From: Roseibacillus sp.
GTDB lineage: Bacteria; Verrucomicrobiota; Verrucomicrobiia; Verrucomicrobiales; Akkermansiaceae
Direction: 5' to 3'
DNA length: 64,000 nt
Assembly: GCA_965242925.1 (NCBI GenBank)
Contig: CBDEUM010000037.1
Span: 1-64,000 of the forward strand
In this document: in pieces, positions 19,277-29,131 of the stretch
Layout: the number at the start of each line of letters is the position of its first letter
Numbering within the stretch: position 1 is the first letter of the stretch
Program-made: the position numbers and the translations under genes
The notes under the pieces: model-generated
What the model was told of the DNA's origin: nothing
What the model saw: the letters and a program-made list of their open reading frames with translations, nothing else
The model's database searches: none

Positions 19277-21499
19277 CTAGTGTCTGAAAATGAATTCCTT
19301 TGAGTTCAGGAGAGCCCAGGTAATGTCCTCAAGAGCTTTTCGTCTGGTCTCGCGGGAGGGATCGGCGAGGAGGGGGAGGAGCGTTTCCCGTTCCCTGGTG
19401 GAGGGGGGCCGCGTGATGGTGGTCCAGTAGAGGGTGGAGAGGATTTTCTCGTTGCTCCGCCCATCGTCCAGGAGCTGGTCGAGGCGATTACCTTTCATTT
19501 CGAGGAGAGCGGAGAGAGTCTCCCCGCTGGTCATCTCAAAGACCTGGGCGAGGGAGATGTCGTTCAGACGTTCGGCGTCGGAATTGATGAGGCGGGGCGG
19601 TTTGCCGAAGAGGCGGAGGAAGCGGTCGTCGTGATGCGGATTGCCGTCCAGGAAGGTGCCCTTGATTCCCGGGAGGGCGACTGCCCGCTTGATGTCCTTG
19701 TACTGCTTGAAGGATCCGGGTCGGTCGAGGGATGCGTGGACGGCGTCGAGGACGACCTCGGCGGGCAGGCGCGGCATCAAGGCGCGGGAATAGTTGATGC
19801 CGTCGTCTTCATTGGAGGCATTGGGTTCGCTGGAGAGCTGGTAGGTTCGCGAGGAGGCAATCCGCCGGATGAGGTGGCGCAGATGGTAGCCTTGTTCGGC
19901 GAAATCCTTCGCCAGGGCTTCCAGCAGTTCCGGGTGGCTGGCCGGATTGGTGGGGCGGAAGTCATCGACGGGATCGACCAGGCCCCGGCCCATCAGGTTG
20001 GCCCAGACGCGGTTTGCCTGCACCATGGGGAAGAGGGAGTTCTCCTTGGCCGTGATCCACTCGGCGAGTTGTTCAAAGCGGTCGCGCTGGTCGTCCAGGG
20101 CGGCGCTCCCGGCACCGAGGAGGCGCGGTTGCGGTGGTTTCTTGGTGCGCGGGTCGACGAACTTGCGCTCCTTCACCAGCGTCACTTCCTGCTCGCCGAT
20201 GAACTGGTTCTTGTCGTGTTTGTCGCGCCGCTTGTTCTCGATGATCTTGTAGTCGATCCCATCGAAGAGGGCGGCAAACTGGTAGTATTCGTCCTGGGTC
20301 CAGCGGTCGAAGGGGTGGTTGTGGCACTTGGCACAGCGCAGGCGAGCGCCGAGGAAGAGTTGGGCGGTGGCCTCCGAGCGATCGGTTGGATTGCGGAGGG
20401 CCCGGTAGTAGTTGGCTGGCGGATTCTTGTAGGTGCTGCCGCGGGCAGTGAGGAGGTCGCGGACGAACTGGTCGAGGCCCTTGCCCTGGCCGATGCTGTC
20501 GCGCATCCAAGCGTGAAATTTCTCCACCCCCGTGCGATCGAGGACCTTTTCCTCGTTGCGCAGGAGGTCCGACCATTTGAGGGCCCAGAACTCGGCGTAT
20601 TCGGGCCGCTGCAGCAGCTTGTCGACGAGTTTGGATCGCTTGTCCGGTGTGGGGTCCGCCACGAAGGAGCGGGCCTCTTCCGCGGTGGGCAGTCTCCCGA
20701 TGATGTCAAGGGAGACGCGCCGCACGAAGGTGGCGTCGTCGCACCGGTTGGAGGGGTTCATGCGGAGTCGGCGCAGCTTGGCGAAGATGTGCTCGTCGAT
20801 GTAGTTGGCAGGCTCGGGATCGCTCCAGGCAAATCCGGGTCGGTCGGGAATGAGAGCCAGACGGGTGGAGATGCGCCAGTCCTGGTAGCGGATGAGGACG
20901 GTGGTTTCGCCGGGTTTGAGAAAGGCGACCTTGCCTTCCGGGTTCACCTCGGCCACCAGGTTGGAGAGGGTGTAGGTCGACCAGTAGCTGACATCGCGTT
21001 TTTCACCGTTCGCAAAGGTGGCCTCCACCTTCAGTTGCACGCTGCGTTGCGGTTCGTTGAGAGTGAGCGTTTCGGGGGTGACGACCAGAGACCGCAGCCG
21101 CGGGGCCTCTTTGCGATCGTCCTTGGCTCCCTGCTCGATCCACTGGCGCAGGAGGGAGCACTCCGGCGAGTCCACCGCGAAGCGTTTCTTTCCCTTGTGC
21201 TCCATCTCGAGGGTGGGCTTGCGCAGGATCTTACTGGCGGCGGGGGCCTTTCGATTAACACGTTTTCCGCCCTGGAGGAGGGACTGGTGGTCCCCGCCTG
21301 GGTTTTCGCCCCAGAGCGAAAGTTTGAACCCGCCCCGGCCATCGCGATGTCCGTGGCAACTGCCCGTGTTGCACCCGCCCCGGGAGAGGACGGGCATGAT
21401 ATCGTTCCGGAAGGAGACCTGGATCTCTTCCGCGGATGCCAGCAGGCTCATGGGCAGGACGATCCCAAGATACCGGTGGATCCTGGAGGGATACCTCAT
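19277..21499 (-). CDS. DUF1549/DUF1553 (PSD1) protein with Ig-like domain
   Basis: GCNTGSCHG, GGFKLSL, Ig-like segment, CAKCHNHPFDRW, PASHPELL, LLNSKEF. Confidence 0.9.
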   Translation of the reverse strand: MRYPSRIHRYLGIVLPMSLLASAEEIQVSFRNDIMPVLSRGGCNTGSCHGHRDGRGGFKLSLWGENPGGDHQSLLQGGKRVNRKAPAASKILRKPTLEMEHKGKKRFAVDSPECSLLRQWIEQGAKDDRKEAPRLRSLVVTPETLTLNEPQRSVQLKVEATFANGEKRDVSYWSTYTLSNLVAEVNPEGKVAFLKPGETTVLIRYQDWRISTRLALIPDRPGFAWSDPEPANYIDEHIFAKLRRLRMNPSNRCDDATFVRRVSLDIIGRLPTAEEARSFVADPTPDKRSKLVDKLLQRPEYAEFWALKWSDLLRNEEKVLDRTGVEKFHAWMRDSIGQGKGLDQFVRDLLTARGSTYKNPPANYYRALRNPTDRSEATAQLFLGARLRCAKCHNHPFDRWTQDEYYQFAALFDGIDYKIIENKRRDKHDKNQFIGEQEVTLVKERKFVDPRTKKPPQPRLLGAGSAALDDQRDRFEQLAEWITAKENSLFPMVQANRVWANLMGRGLVDPVDDFRPTNPASHPELLEALAKDFAEQGYHLRHLIRRIASSRTYQLSSEPNASNEDDGINYSRALMPRLPAEVVLDAVHASLDRPGSFKQYKDIKRAVALPGIKGTFLDGNPHHDDRFLRLFGKPPRLINSDAERLNDISLAQVFEMTSGETLSALLEMKGNRLDQLLDDGRSNEKILSTLYWTTITRPPSTRERETLLPLLADPSRETRRKALEDITWALLNSKEFIFRH

Positions 21500-21528
21500 C
21501 TTCCTGAACAATCATCCCAGTGCCGCAG

Positions 21529-21570
21529 AGTTCCAAGTGCAAAGTTCCAGAATCCAGAATCCAGACCCAG
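21529..21570. repeat. Degenerate heptamer tandem repeat
   Basis: AGTTCCA AGTGCAA AGTTCCA GAATCCA GAATCCA GACCCA in an intergenic region. Confidence 0.55.
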
Positions 21571-21689
21571 CCCGGAGGAAGAGAGCTCGATATGACCTGG
21601 CGGGGAGCGTGGTAGTGGAGAAGGATGGAGAAGTTCTTATTGAAACAGGCCGGATGATCGACTCGTATGACGGCCAACCATTCATCGAT

Positions 21690-22736
21690 ATGCCCTTATC
21701 CACCATTCTCAGAATTTCTCCGGTGATTGCCTGTCTTGCAGGGAACACCTTTGGCCAACTTTGGACCGATCCCGAGGATTCCAAGCTTCCCCCCGACTTC
21801 CAGGTCCAGGGAGAGTATTCCGGTAAGGGCATGGGAGCCCAGGTCATTGCCCTCGGGAAGGGACGCTTTCATGCCGTTTTCTATCCGGGGGGACTGCCGG
21901 GCGCGGGCTGGGATGGGCAGAACAAGATCCTGCTTGATGGCAGGCTGGACGACGGCAAGGCGGTCTTTGTGCCAGCCGAGGGTGCGAGAAACTACATGGC
22001 CGGGGATGCTGCCAAGTTCAGCGCGACCAGAACGTTTCCCCCGAAGGGACACAAACCATACAAAGGGGTGCTCTCCAAGGGAGTGTTTGCAGGTAAATCC
22101 GACAAGGGGGTGGCCTTTTCGCTCCAGCGGACAATCCGTCAGTCGCCCTCGCTCGGGGCGAATCCCCCCCAGGGTGCGGTTGTTCTTTTTGATGGGAAAA
22201 AGGAAAGCATGAAGAACTGGGAGGGAGGGCGCCTCGATGAAAAGAGCGGCTTGCTCAATACGGATGGAAGAGACATTCGGACCAGAAAGAAGTTCCTCAA
22301 TTACATCATGCACGTGGAGTTCATGCTTCCCTTCAAGCCCGATGCGCGGAGCCAGGGGCGGGGGAACAGCGGTTTTTACCAGGTTGATCTCTACGAGATG
22401 CAGATCCTCGATTCCTTCGGGCTAATGGGGCTGAATAACGAGTGCGGAGGTATTTACCAGAAGGCGGATTCGAAGGTGAACATGTGTCTCCCTCCCCTGC
22501 AGTGGCAGGCCTACGATGTCGATTTCAATTCGGCGGTGATGAAGGATGGAAAGAAGGTCAGGAATGCAGTTCTTTCCGCCCGACTCAATGGCGTCACCAT
22601 TCATGAAAAACTTGAGATCAACGGGAAGACCGGAGGGGCCCGGGGGGAACCGGAAGGAACGCCCGGCGTTATCAAGTTGCAGGGGCATGGCAACCCTCTG
22701 CAGTTCCGCAATGTCTGGATTCTACCGAAGGAGTGA
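21690..22736 (+). CDS. DUF1080 (3-keto-disaccharide hydrolase-like) secreted protein, paralog 1
   Basis: GAVVLFDG, HVEF..PF, RGNSG, EMQILDSFG, WQAYDV, LQGHGNPLQFRNVW; signal peptide from ATG 21690. Confidence 0.88.
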   Translation: MPLSTILRISPVIACLAGNTFGQLWTDPEDSKLPPDFQVQGEYSGKGMGAQVIALGKGRFHAVFYPGGLPGAGWDGQNKILLDGRLDDGKAVFVPAEGARNYMAGDAAKFSATRTFPPKGHKPYKGVLSKGVFAGKSDKGVAFSLQRTIRQSPSLGANPPQGAVVLFDGKKESMKNWEGGRLDEKSGLLNTDGRDIRTRKKFLNYIMHVEFMLPFKPDARSQGRGNSGFYQVDLYEMQILDSFGLMGLNNECGGIYQKADSKVNMCLPPLQWQAYDVDFNSAVMKDGKKVRNAVLSARLNGVTIHEKLEINGKTGGARGEPEGTPGVIKLQGHGNPLQFRNVWILPKE

Positions 22737-22925
22737 AAGGTGCGCCAGGGACCGGGGAGGATACGGAATCGAGCTGAGCGGGAGACCGGTCCGCGCGGGA
22801 GATCAGGTCATTTCTCCCTCATGGTCATGCGGATGAACGCCTGTGCCCCCCGGGAGGGATTATGGGAAGTTCTCCGTGGAGCTTGCCTGCAGGGGCCGTA
22901 TCGTGCGTCTGTAGATGCTGTCGTG

Positions 22926-25900
22926 ATGCCCCGCCTTCTCAGAATATTCCCTGCCCTGATACTGCTGTCCCAGTTGGCCGCCGCCAATCCGATATCGAGC
23001 GAGGACCTGCAGTTCTTCGAGAACAGGATCCGGCCTCTTCTGGTAGATCATTGTTACAAGTGTCATGCCGCCACGGCCAGGAAGGTCAAGGGGGGGCTTT
23101 TACTGGACCGCAAGGCGGGCTGGGTGAAGGGCGGTGACAGCGGGAAGGTCATCGTGCCCGGCAAGCCGGAGGAAAGCCTGCTCATCAGGATGGTGGAGCG
23201 CGATCCGGACCATGAACCGATGCCTCCCAAGACTTCGCTGGGGAAGGAGCAGGTGGAGGACCTGCGGGAGTGGGTGAAACGGGGAGCGCTCGATCCGCGG
23301 AGCGAGGATGTGGGAGAGGCGGTTGTCAGCGGTAAGGACTTTGACCTCGACGAGCGCAGGAAGTGGTGGTCCCTGCAACCGGTGGAGCAGGTCACTATGC
23401 CCGGGGTGAAGGCAGGAGACTGGCCGGTTAACGAGGTCGATCGGTTCATTCTGGCAGGACTGGAGAAACGAGGATGGGATCCCGCTCCGGGTGCCGGGAA
23501 AGAGCATCTCCTGCGCCGTGTCTCGCTGGTGCTGACCGGTCTGGCTCCGACGGAGAGTGAGTTGGACTCCTTCATGAAGGATGAATCGGATGGGGCCTAC
23601 GAAAAGGTCGTGGACCGTCTTCTTGGGTCCCCGCGTTTTGGCGAACGATGGGCCCGGCACTGGATGGATGTTGTGCGCTTTGCAGAGACGAAGGCCTTTG
23701 AGGCTGATTACACCATGCCATATGTGGACCGCTACCGCGACTACCTGATCCGGGCCTTCAACAGTGATATTCCGTATGACCAGTTTGTGATGGAGGCCCT
23801 GGCTGGTGACCGGTTGGAGAAACCACGCCTGAACGGGGAAAGCGGGATCAACGAGTCGGTGATCGGTCCAGGCTATCTTTATCTCACCGACGGACAACAC
23901 GGTCCTCCCGACATACATGGTGACGAAACCCGTATCTTCGACAGCATGATCAAGGTCTGCGGGGTGGCCTTCCAGGGCCTGACCGTGAACTGTGCCAAAT
24001 GCCACGATCATAAGTTCGATGCTATCACGGAGAGGGACTACTATTCTTTCTACGGCATGCTTCGCAGCTCTCGGTTGCACTATGCGAACATCGCGCCGCC
24101 CGAAAAGAAGGCGGAAGTGGAAGCGCGCCTGCGCCGGGCCAAGCAGGAGCTCATGGCGGACGTCTTTCGGGCAGTGGAGAAGGAGGCAGCCGGAATTGGG
24201 CAGGCTCTCCCACTGATCGAGGAGTTCGAGAAAGGGGTTCGTTTTGAGATCCTGCAGCAGAAGTTGAACCTTCCGCTCAAGAAGGGAGAGAAACAGGAGG
24301 GTCGACTCGCAACGTTCGTCAAGGAGAGCGAGGAGGGGCTCAAGGCCCTGGCATCCCGGTCCGGGGTTGATGCGGACCTGCTTCTGAAGTGGTTTCGCTG
24401 GAAGCACGACAAGAACATCCCTCCGGAACTCGCCGGGTTGAAGGCCATCATAAATGACAAGCCCGTTGCAGAAGTTGAGGCGGCGTCTTCCCGGGGGGAC
24501 ACCTCCAATGAAAACTACCGGTTTGGAATGCAGTCTGACTCGCTGGGAAAGTGGATTGCGAGTGGCCCGGGATTTGTCAGCGCCGATACCGATGGGTTTC
24601 TGCTTTCCCAGGGCGGGGACCAGGTGATCCGGGCAACAATCGGCACGGGGGTGTCTACCGGAACGTTGTCCTCGCGACTCGACGGGGTGCTCCGTTCGCC
24701 CGACTTTATTCTTGATGGGGGAGCGGTGGATCTCTGGGTGCGCGGACGTCATGCCACGGTGCGACTGGTGGTTCGCAACTACGAACTGACGGGCAAGGGG
24801 CCAACCACCGGCCGCCTGAAGGTGGGAGTGAATTCCGACAGCTGGAAGAAGATCAGCTTTGGGACCCACCTGTGGAAGGGGGAGCCAGCTTTCCTTGAGA
24901 TTCAGCACCAGGGACCGGGGATGGATTGCCTGGGACGGAATGGTCGTCCTCCTGCGCCGGCGGAAGATGCCTGGGTGGCCGTGGCTGCCGGCAAGCTGCC
25001 CCAATGGCTCGGGGTATGGAGCGGTCCTGCCCGCAGTGAAGACCGGGCGAAGGCCGTGGCGCTGACCATCTCGAGGATTGCGGAGTCGGCCCGCAAGGGC
25101 GTAATCAGGCCGGGGCAGCGGGAAGTTCTGGGCGCCCTTCTGCAATCCGGGTTAATGCGCCCCGATCCCGCCAAACATCCGGAGATCAAGGGCAAGCTGG
25201 AGGCATTCCGCAAGATCTCGAGAGAGCTCCCAAGCCCTGTCTATGTCCGCAGTGTTGTTGATGGGGTTCCAATCGATCAGCCGGTCTACATTCGGGGAGA
25301 CCACCGGAATATCAGCGAGGAAGCCAATCCCCGGCATTTTCTCGACGGATTGGGTGGTGCTCAACTTAACGATGGAGGAAGTGGTCGTCTGGACTGGGCG
25401 AAGAGGGTGGCGAGCGCAGACAACCCGCTTACGGCCCGGGTGCGGGTGAACCGCATCTGGTCCCGCGTATTCGGTCGCGGGCTTCTGGCCTCGGTAGATG
25501 ATTTCGGCAAGATGGGGGGTAAGCCGAGTCACCCGGAGCTGCTCGATTACCTTGCGCACTCTTTCGTGGAAAACGGGTGGTCGACGAAGAAACTGATCCG
25601 CAAACTGGTTCTCGCCCGGACTTTTCAAATGAGCTCGATCCCGGGTCCGGGCATGCTCACAGCCGATCCCACGAATCTTTATCTCCAGCGGATGCCGGTA
25701 GGACGCATGGATGCGGAGGCCATCCGCGACCACATTTTGTCCTGCAGCGGCGAGCTGAAGAACGACCTGTACGGTCCGAGCATTGCGGTGAATATAGACG
25801 ATCAGCCCAACAGTCGGGCTAAGCCACGGAGTGGGCCATTGGATGGCAATGGGAGGCGTTCGGTCTATCTTGAGATGCGGCGTAACTTCCTTTCATCCTT

Positions 25901-26228
25901 TCTGCGCATCTTTGACCTGCCTAATGCGACTGAGCCGGCCGGTCGACGTAATGTCACCAACGTCCCTGCCCAGGCGCTGGCCCTCTTGAACGATCCCTTC
26001 GTTCACCAGCAGGCGCAAAGCTGGGCCCGGCGGGTCATGGCCGGGGGAGGGACGGTAGACGACCAGTTGAGGAAGGTGCACCGACAGGCCTTCGGGAGAG
26101 AAGCCACCGAGGCGGAGTTACAGTGGGGGCGGAAGGTGCTCAAGGAACTGGGTGGCGCCACCGAGGCGGCCTGGAAGGGCCTCTGCCATCTCATGATCAA
26201 TCGAAAGGAATTCATTTATGTCTTCTAA
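22926..26228 (+). CDS. Planctomycete cytochrome c / DUF1549 / DUF1553 (PSD1) protein
   Basis: FFENRIRPLL..HCYKCH, WARHWMDVVRFAET, CAKCHDHKFD, PSHPELLDYLA, TNVPAQAL. Confidence 0.9.
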   Translation: MPRLLRIFPALILLSQLAAANPISSEDLQFFENRIRPLLVDHCYKCHAATARKVKGGLLLDRKAGWVKGGDSGKVIVPGKPEESLLIRMVERDPDHEPMPPKTSLGKEQVEDLREWVKRGALDPRSEDVGEAVVSGKDFDLDERRKWWSLQPVEQVTMPGVKAGDWPVNEVDRFILAGLEKRGWDPAPGAGKEHLLRRVSLVLTGLAPTESELDSFMKDESDGAYEKVVDRLLGSPRFGERWARHWMDVVRFAETKAFEADYTMPYVDRYRDYLIRAFNSDIPYDQFVMEALAGDRLEKPRLNGESGINESVIGPGYLYLTDGQHGPPDIHGDETRIFDSMIKVCGVAFQGLTVNCAKCHDHKFDAITERDYYSFYGMLRSSRLHYANIAPPEKKAEVEARLRRAKQELMADVFRAVEKEAAGIGQALPLIEEFEKGVRFEILQQKLNLPLKKGEKQEGRLATFVKESEEGLKALASRSGVDADLLLKWFRWKHDKNIPPELAGLKAIINDKPVAEVEAASSRGDTSNENYRFGMQSDSLGKWIASGPGFVSADTDGFLLSQGGDQVIRATIGTGVSTGTLSSRLDGVLRSPDFILDGGAVDLWVRGRHATVRLVVRNYELTGKGPTTGRLKVGVNSDSWKKISFGTHLWKGEPAFLEIQHQGPGMDCLGRNGRPPAPAEDAWVAVAAGKLPQWLGVWSGPARSEDRAKAVALTISRIAESARKGVIRPGQREVLGALLQSGLMRPDPAKHPEIKGKLEAFRKISRELPSPVYVRSVVDGVPIDQPVYIRGDHRNISEEANPRHFLDGLGGAQLNDGGSGRLDWAKRVASADNPLTARVRVNRIWSRVFGRGLLASVDDFGKMGGKPSHPELLDYLAHSFVENGWSTKKLIRKLVLARTFQMSSIPGPGMLTADPTNLYLQRMPVGRMDAEAIRDHILSCSGELKNDLYGPSIAVNIDDQPNSRAKPRSGPLDGNGRRSVYLEMRRNFLSSFLRIFDLPNATEPAGRRNVTNVPAQALALLNDPFVHQQAQSWARRVMAGGGTVDDQLRKVHRQAFGREATEAELQWGRKVLKELGGATEAAWKGLCHLMINRKEFIYVF

Positions 26229-27636
26229 GGATCATTCCGAATACGGTCTGCCGTTGACCCGGCGGCACTTCATGGACCGCGGTGCCCTCGGTTTCGGGAG
26301 TCTGGCCCTCGCTGGCGTCCTGCAGAAGGAGCGGGCTTCCGCCACACCATGGGAACCCAGGCCCACGCATTTTTCTCCCAAGGCCAGGAGTGTGATCTTC
26401 TTCTACATGGATGGGGGGGTCTCGCAAGTGGACAGCTTCGATCCCAAGCCGCTGCTGGCCAAGGAGAACGGACAGCGACCGAAATTCACGGTGGACGCTA
26501 CCGTATTCAACAATAACGGGAACATCCTCAAGAGTCCGTGGGAATTCAAACAGTACGGCGAAAGCGGCATCCCCGTCAGCGGTCTCTTCCCCCACATCGC
26601 AGCCCATGCCGACGAGTTGGCAGTGATCCGGTCCATGACCGCCTTTTCTCCGAATCATCCCAATGCCAACTACGCTCTTCACAGCGGACACGTCCTCTCG
26701 GGTCGACCGAGCATGGGCGCGTGGGCGTCCTACGGACTGGGAACCGAGGCGGAAGATCTCCCGAGTTACGTGGTTCTGCATGGTGGACAGGTTCCCTCCG
26801 GTGGAATGCAGATGTTCGGGAGCGGGTTTCTTCCGGCCACTCATCAGCCCTCGACCTTTGCGACCGGGAAACCGGTGCTGTCCAACATCATCCCGCGCGA
26901 AAAGGAACTCTCCTACCAGCGCCGGAAGCTGCAGTTGCTGGGAGAGATTGATGGTTCCCTGGCGCAAGAATACGAACATGTGGAGGCAATTCAGTCGGCC
27001 ATCCTGAACTATGAAATGGCGGCTCGGATGCAGTTGGCGGTTCCAGATGTGGCTGATATCTCAGGCGAATCGGAAGCGACCAGGAAGGCCTACGGGCTGG
27101 ATGCCCGCTACAACAACACCCGGACCTATGGCAGGCAGTGCATGATGGCGCGGCGGTTGGTGGAAAGAGGGGTGCGCTTCGTCGAGTTGACCATCAACCC
27201 GGGGAATGGTGATCGATGGGATCAGCATGGGGGACTCCGGGATGGGCATTCCAAGAATGCTCTCGCGGTGGACCAGCCGATCGGTGCTCTCATCGGGGAT
27301 CTCAAGGCCCGAGGCTTACTGGAATCCACCCTTCTCGTCTTCAGCGGGGAGTTCGGACGCACCCCGTTCGCACAGGGTCGGGACGGACGGGATCACAACC
27401 CGCAGGGTTTCAGTCTCTGGATGGCAGGAGGAGGAATCAAGGGGGGCACCATCTATGGGGCCACCGACGAGTACGGCTATCGGGTGGTCCAGAACAAGCT
27501 AACGGTTCACGACCTGCACGCCAACATGCTCCACTGTCTCGGGATGGATCACAAGAAGCTGACCTATCGCTACGGGGGCCGCGATGTGCGCCTGACTGAT
27601 GTGCATGGGGAACTGGTTCCTGAGATCCTGACGTAA
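26218..27636 (+). CDS. DUF1501 family protein
   Basis: TRRHFM Tat motif; ARSVIFFYMDGGVSQVDSFDPKP; WDQH; GEFGRTP; GRDHNP; overlaps the upstream stop. Confidence 0.92.
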   Translation: MSSKDHSEYGLPLTRRHFMDRGALGFGSLALAGVLQKERASATPWEPRPTHFSPKARSVIFFYMDGGVSQVDSFDPKPLLAKENGQRPKFTVDATVFNNNGNILKSPWEFKQYGESGIPVSGLFPHIAAHADELAVIRSMTAFSPNHPNANYALHSGHVLSGRPSMGAWASYGLGTEAEDLPSYVVLHGGQVPSGGMQMFGSGFLPATHQPSTFATGKPVLSNIIPREKELSYQRRKLQLLGEIDGSLAQEYEHVEAIQSAILNYEMAARMQLAVPDVADISGESEATRKAYGLDARYNNTRTYGRQCMMARRLVERGVRFVELTINPGNGDRWDQHGGLRDGHSKNALAVDQPIGALIGDLKARGLLESTLLVFSGEFGRTPFAQGRDGRDHNPQGFSLWMAGGGIKGGTIYGATDEYGYRVVQNKLTVHDLHANMLHCLGMDHKKLTYRYGGRDVRLTDVHGELVPEILT

Positions 27637-27700
27637 TAAGGAGGTGCTCCACAACTTGTGGCTGGCACAGGAGACCCGTCTGACTGACGATCCCGCCCAG

Positions 27701-29099
27701 ATGTCCACCAGAACACAAAGATGGCCGGCGATGACCGGGTTGATCATGGTCCTGAGCGTAGCCCTTGCCTGGGGAGCCGGATCCTGTCCGGCTGCGGCCA
27801 AGCCCAACATCCTCTTTATCCTGATCGATGACATGGGCTGGATGGATCTGGGGTGCCAGGGGAACAGTCACCTCCGCACCCCGAACATCGACAGGTTCGC
27901 GACCGAGGGCATGCGATTCACCGATGCCTATGCGTCTGCTCCGGTGTGTTCTCCCACCCGCGCGGCCCTGATGACGGGTCACTCGCCCGCCCGCCTGCAC
28001 CTCACCAACCATCTTCCGCACCAGGATCGCTTCACGCCGGAGAAGTCGAAACTCCTTCCAGCCGAAATGCGTGATCATCTGCCGCTGGATTATACCACCA
28101 TCGCGGAACGCCTCCGGGACGAAGCCGGTTACGCCACGGCTTTTATAGGGAAGTGGCATCTCTACAAGGGGAGGGAGGAGGAATATGCCGCCCACAACCA
28201 GGGATTTGATCTCAACATAGGGGGCTGTTCCTACGGCGGTCCTCCCACCTTCTTCGACCCCTACCGCATTCCCTTTCTCAAGGATCGCAGAGAGGGTGAA
28301 TATCTCCCGGATCGACTGGCGGATGAAACGGTCACGTTCATGCGTCAGCAGGTGAAGGCGAAGAAGCCCTTTTACGCGGCCCTGTGGAACTACACGGTAC
28401 ACTGGCCGATGGAGGCGCCGGAAGAATTTGTCGCCAGGTGGGCCGACAAGCCGAAGGCCGGTTACAATCACAAGATCTACCCCGCCATGCTGGAGACCAT
28501 GGACCTCGCCATCGCGCGAGTGCTGGCGGAGTTGAAGAAACTGCAGATCGAGGAGGAGACCTTCGTGGTCTTCACCTCCGACAACGGACCCTTCGGGGGA
28601 GTGGGGGATGCCCGTCCGTTGCGCGGGGACAAGGGTCATCTCTACGAGGGAGGAATTCGGGTGCCGCTCATCGTGCGCTGGCCGGGCAAGGTGGCTGCGG
28701 GCAAGGTCAGCGGGGAACCCGTGATCCTAACGGACTTTTATCCGACCCTGCTGGAAGTGGCCGGGCTGAAAACGGGCAAGGATTATCCGGGAGACGGAGA
28801 GAGTCTCCTGCCCCTGCTGACGGGCAGGGGAGCGTCTGCAGCGGGAGGCCATCTTCTGGCATTATCCCAACTTTGCCTTCCACCGGGACAACCGGCTGGG
28901 GAGCGCGGTGCGCATGGGGGACTACAAGCTGCTCGAGTTTTTCGAGGACGATGTGGTGGAGCTTTACAACCTGCGGAAGGACCTTGGAGAGAGGAGCAAC
29001 CTGGCCGGGAAGGACCCGGGCAGGGCCACCGCGATGAGGAAGCGATTGCATCGCTGGCGGCAGGAGAGCGGGGCAAATATGCCGCGCCCCCGGAAGTGA
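27701..29099 (+). CDS. Formylglycine-dependent sulfatase (arylsulfatase A-like; frameshift at ~28827-28830)
   Basis: PNILFILIDDMG, CSPTRAALMTG, GKWHL, SDNG, EGGIRVP. Removing one G restores EAIFWHYP..SAVRMGDYKL to the stop at 29099. Confidence 0.88.
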
Positions 29100-29131
29100 G
29101 CAGATGCCGGTCCTGCGGGGAACATCCGGCG

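Noticed and set aside
21018..21689. Long N-terminal extension of the DUF1080 ORF given in the ORF track
   Set aside because: It overlaps the opposite-strand PSD1 gene; the signal peptide and paralog alignment place the start at 21690.
1398..25145. Long antisense ORFs (e.g. 1398-2546, 6543-7697, 8403-10388, 19631-21595, 23100-25145)
   Set aside because: Shadow frames of well-supported genes on the opposite strand, expected at high GC; no motifs of their own.
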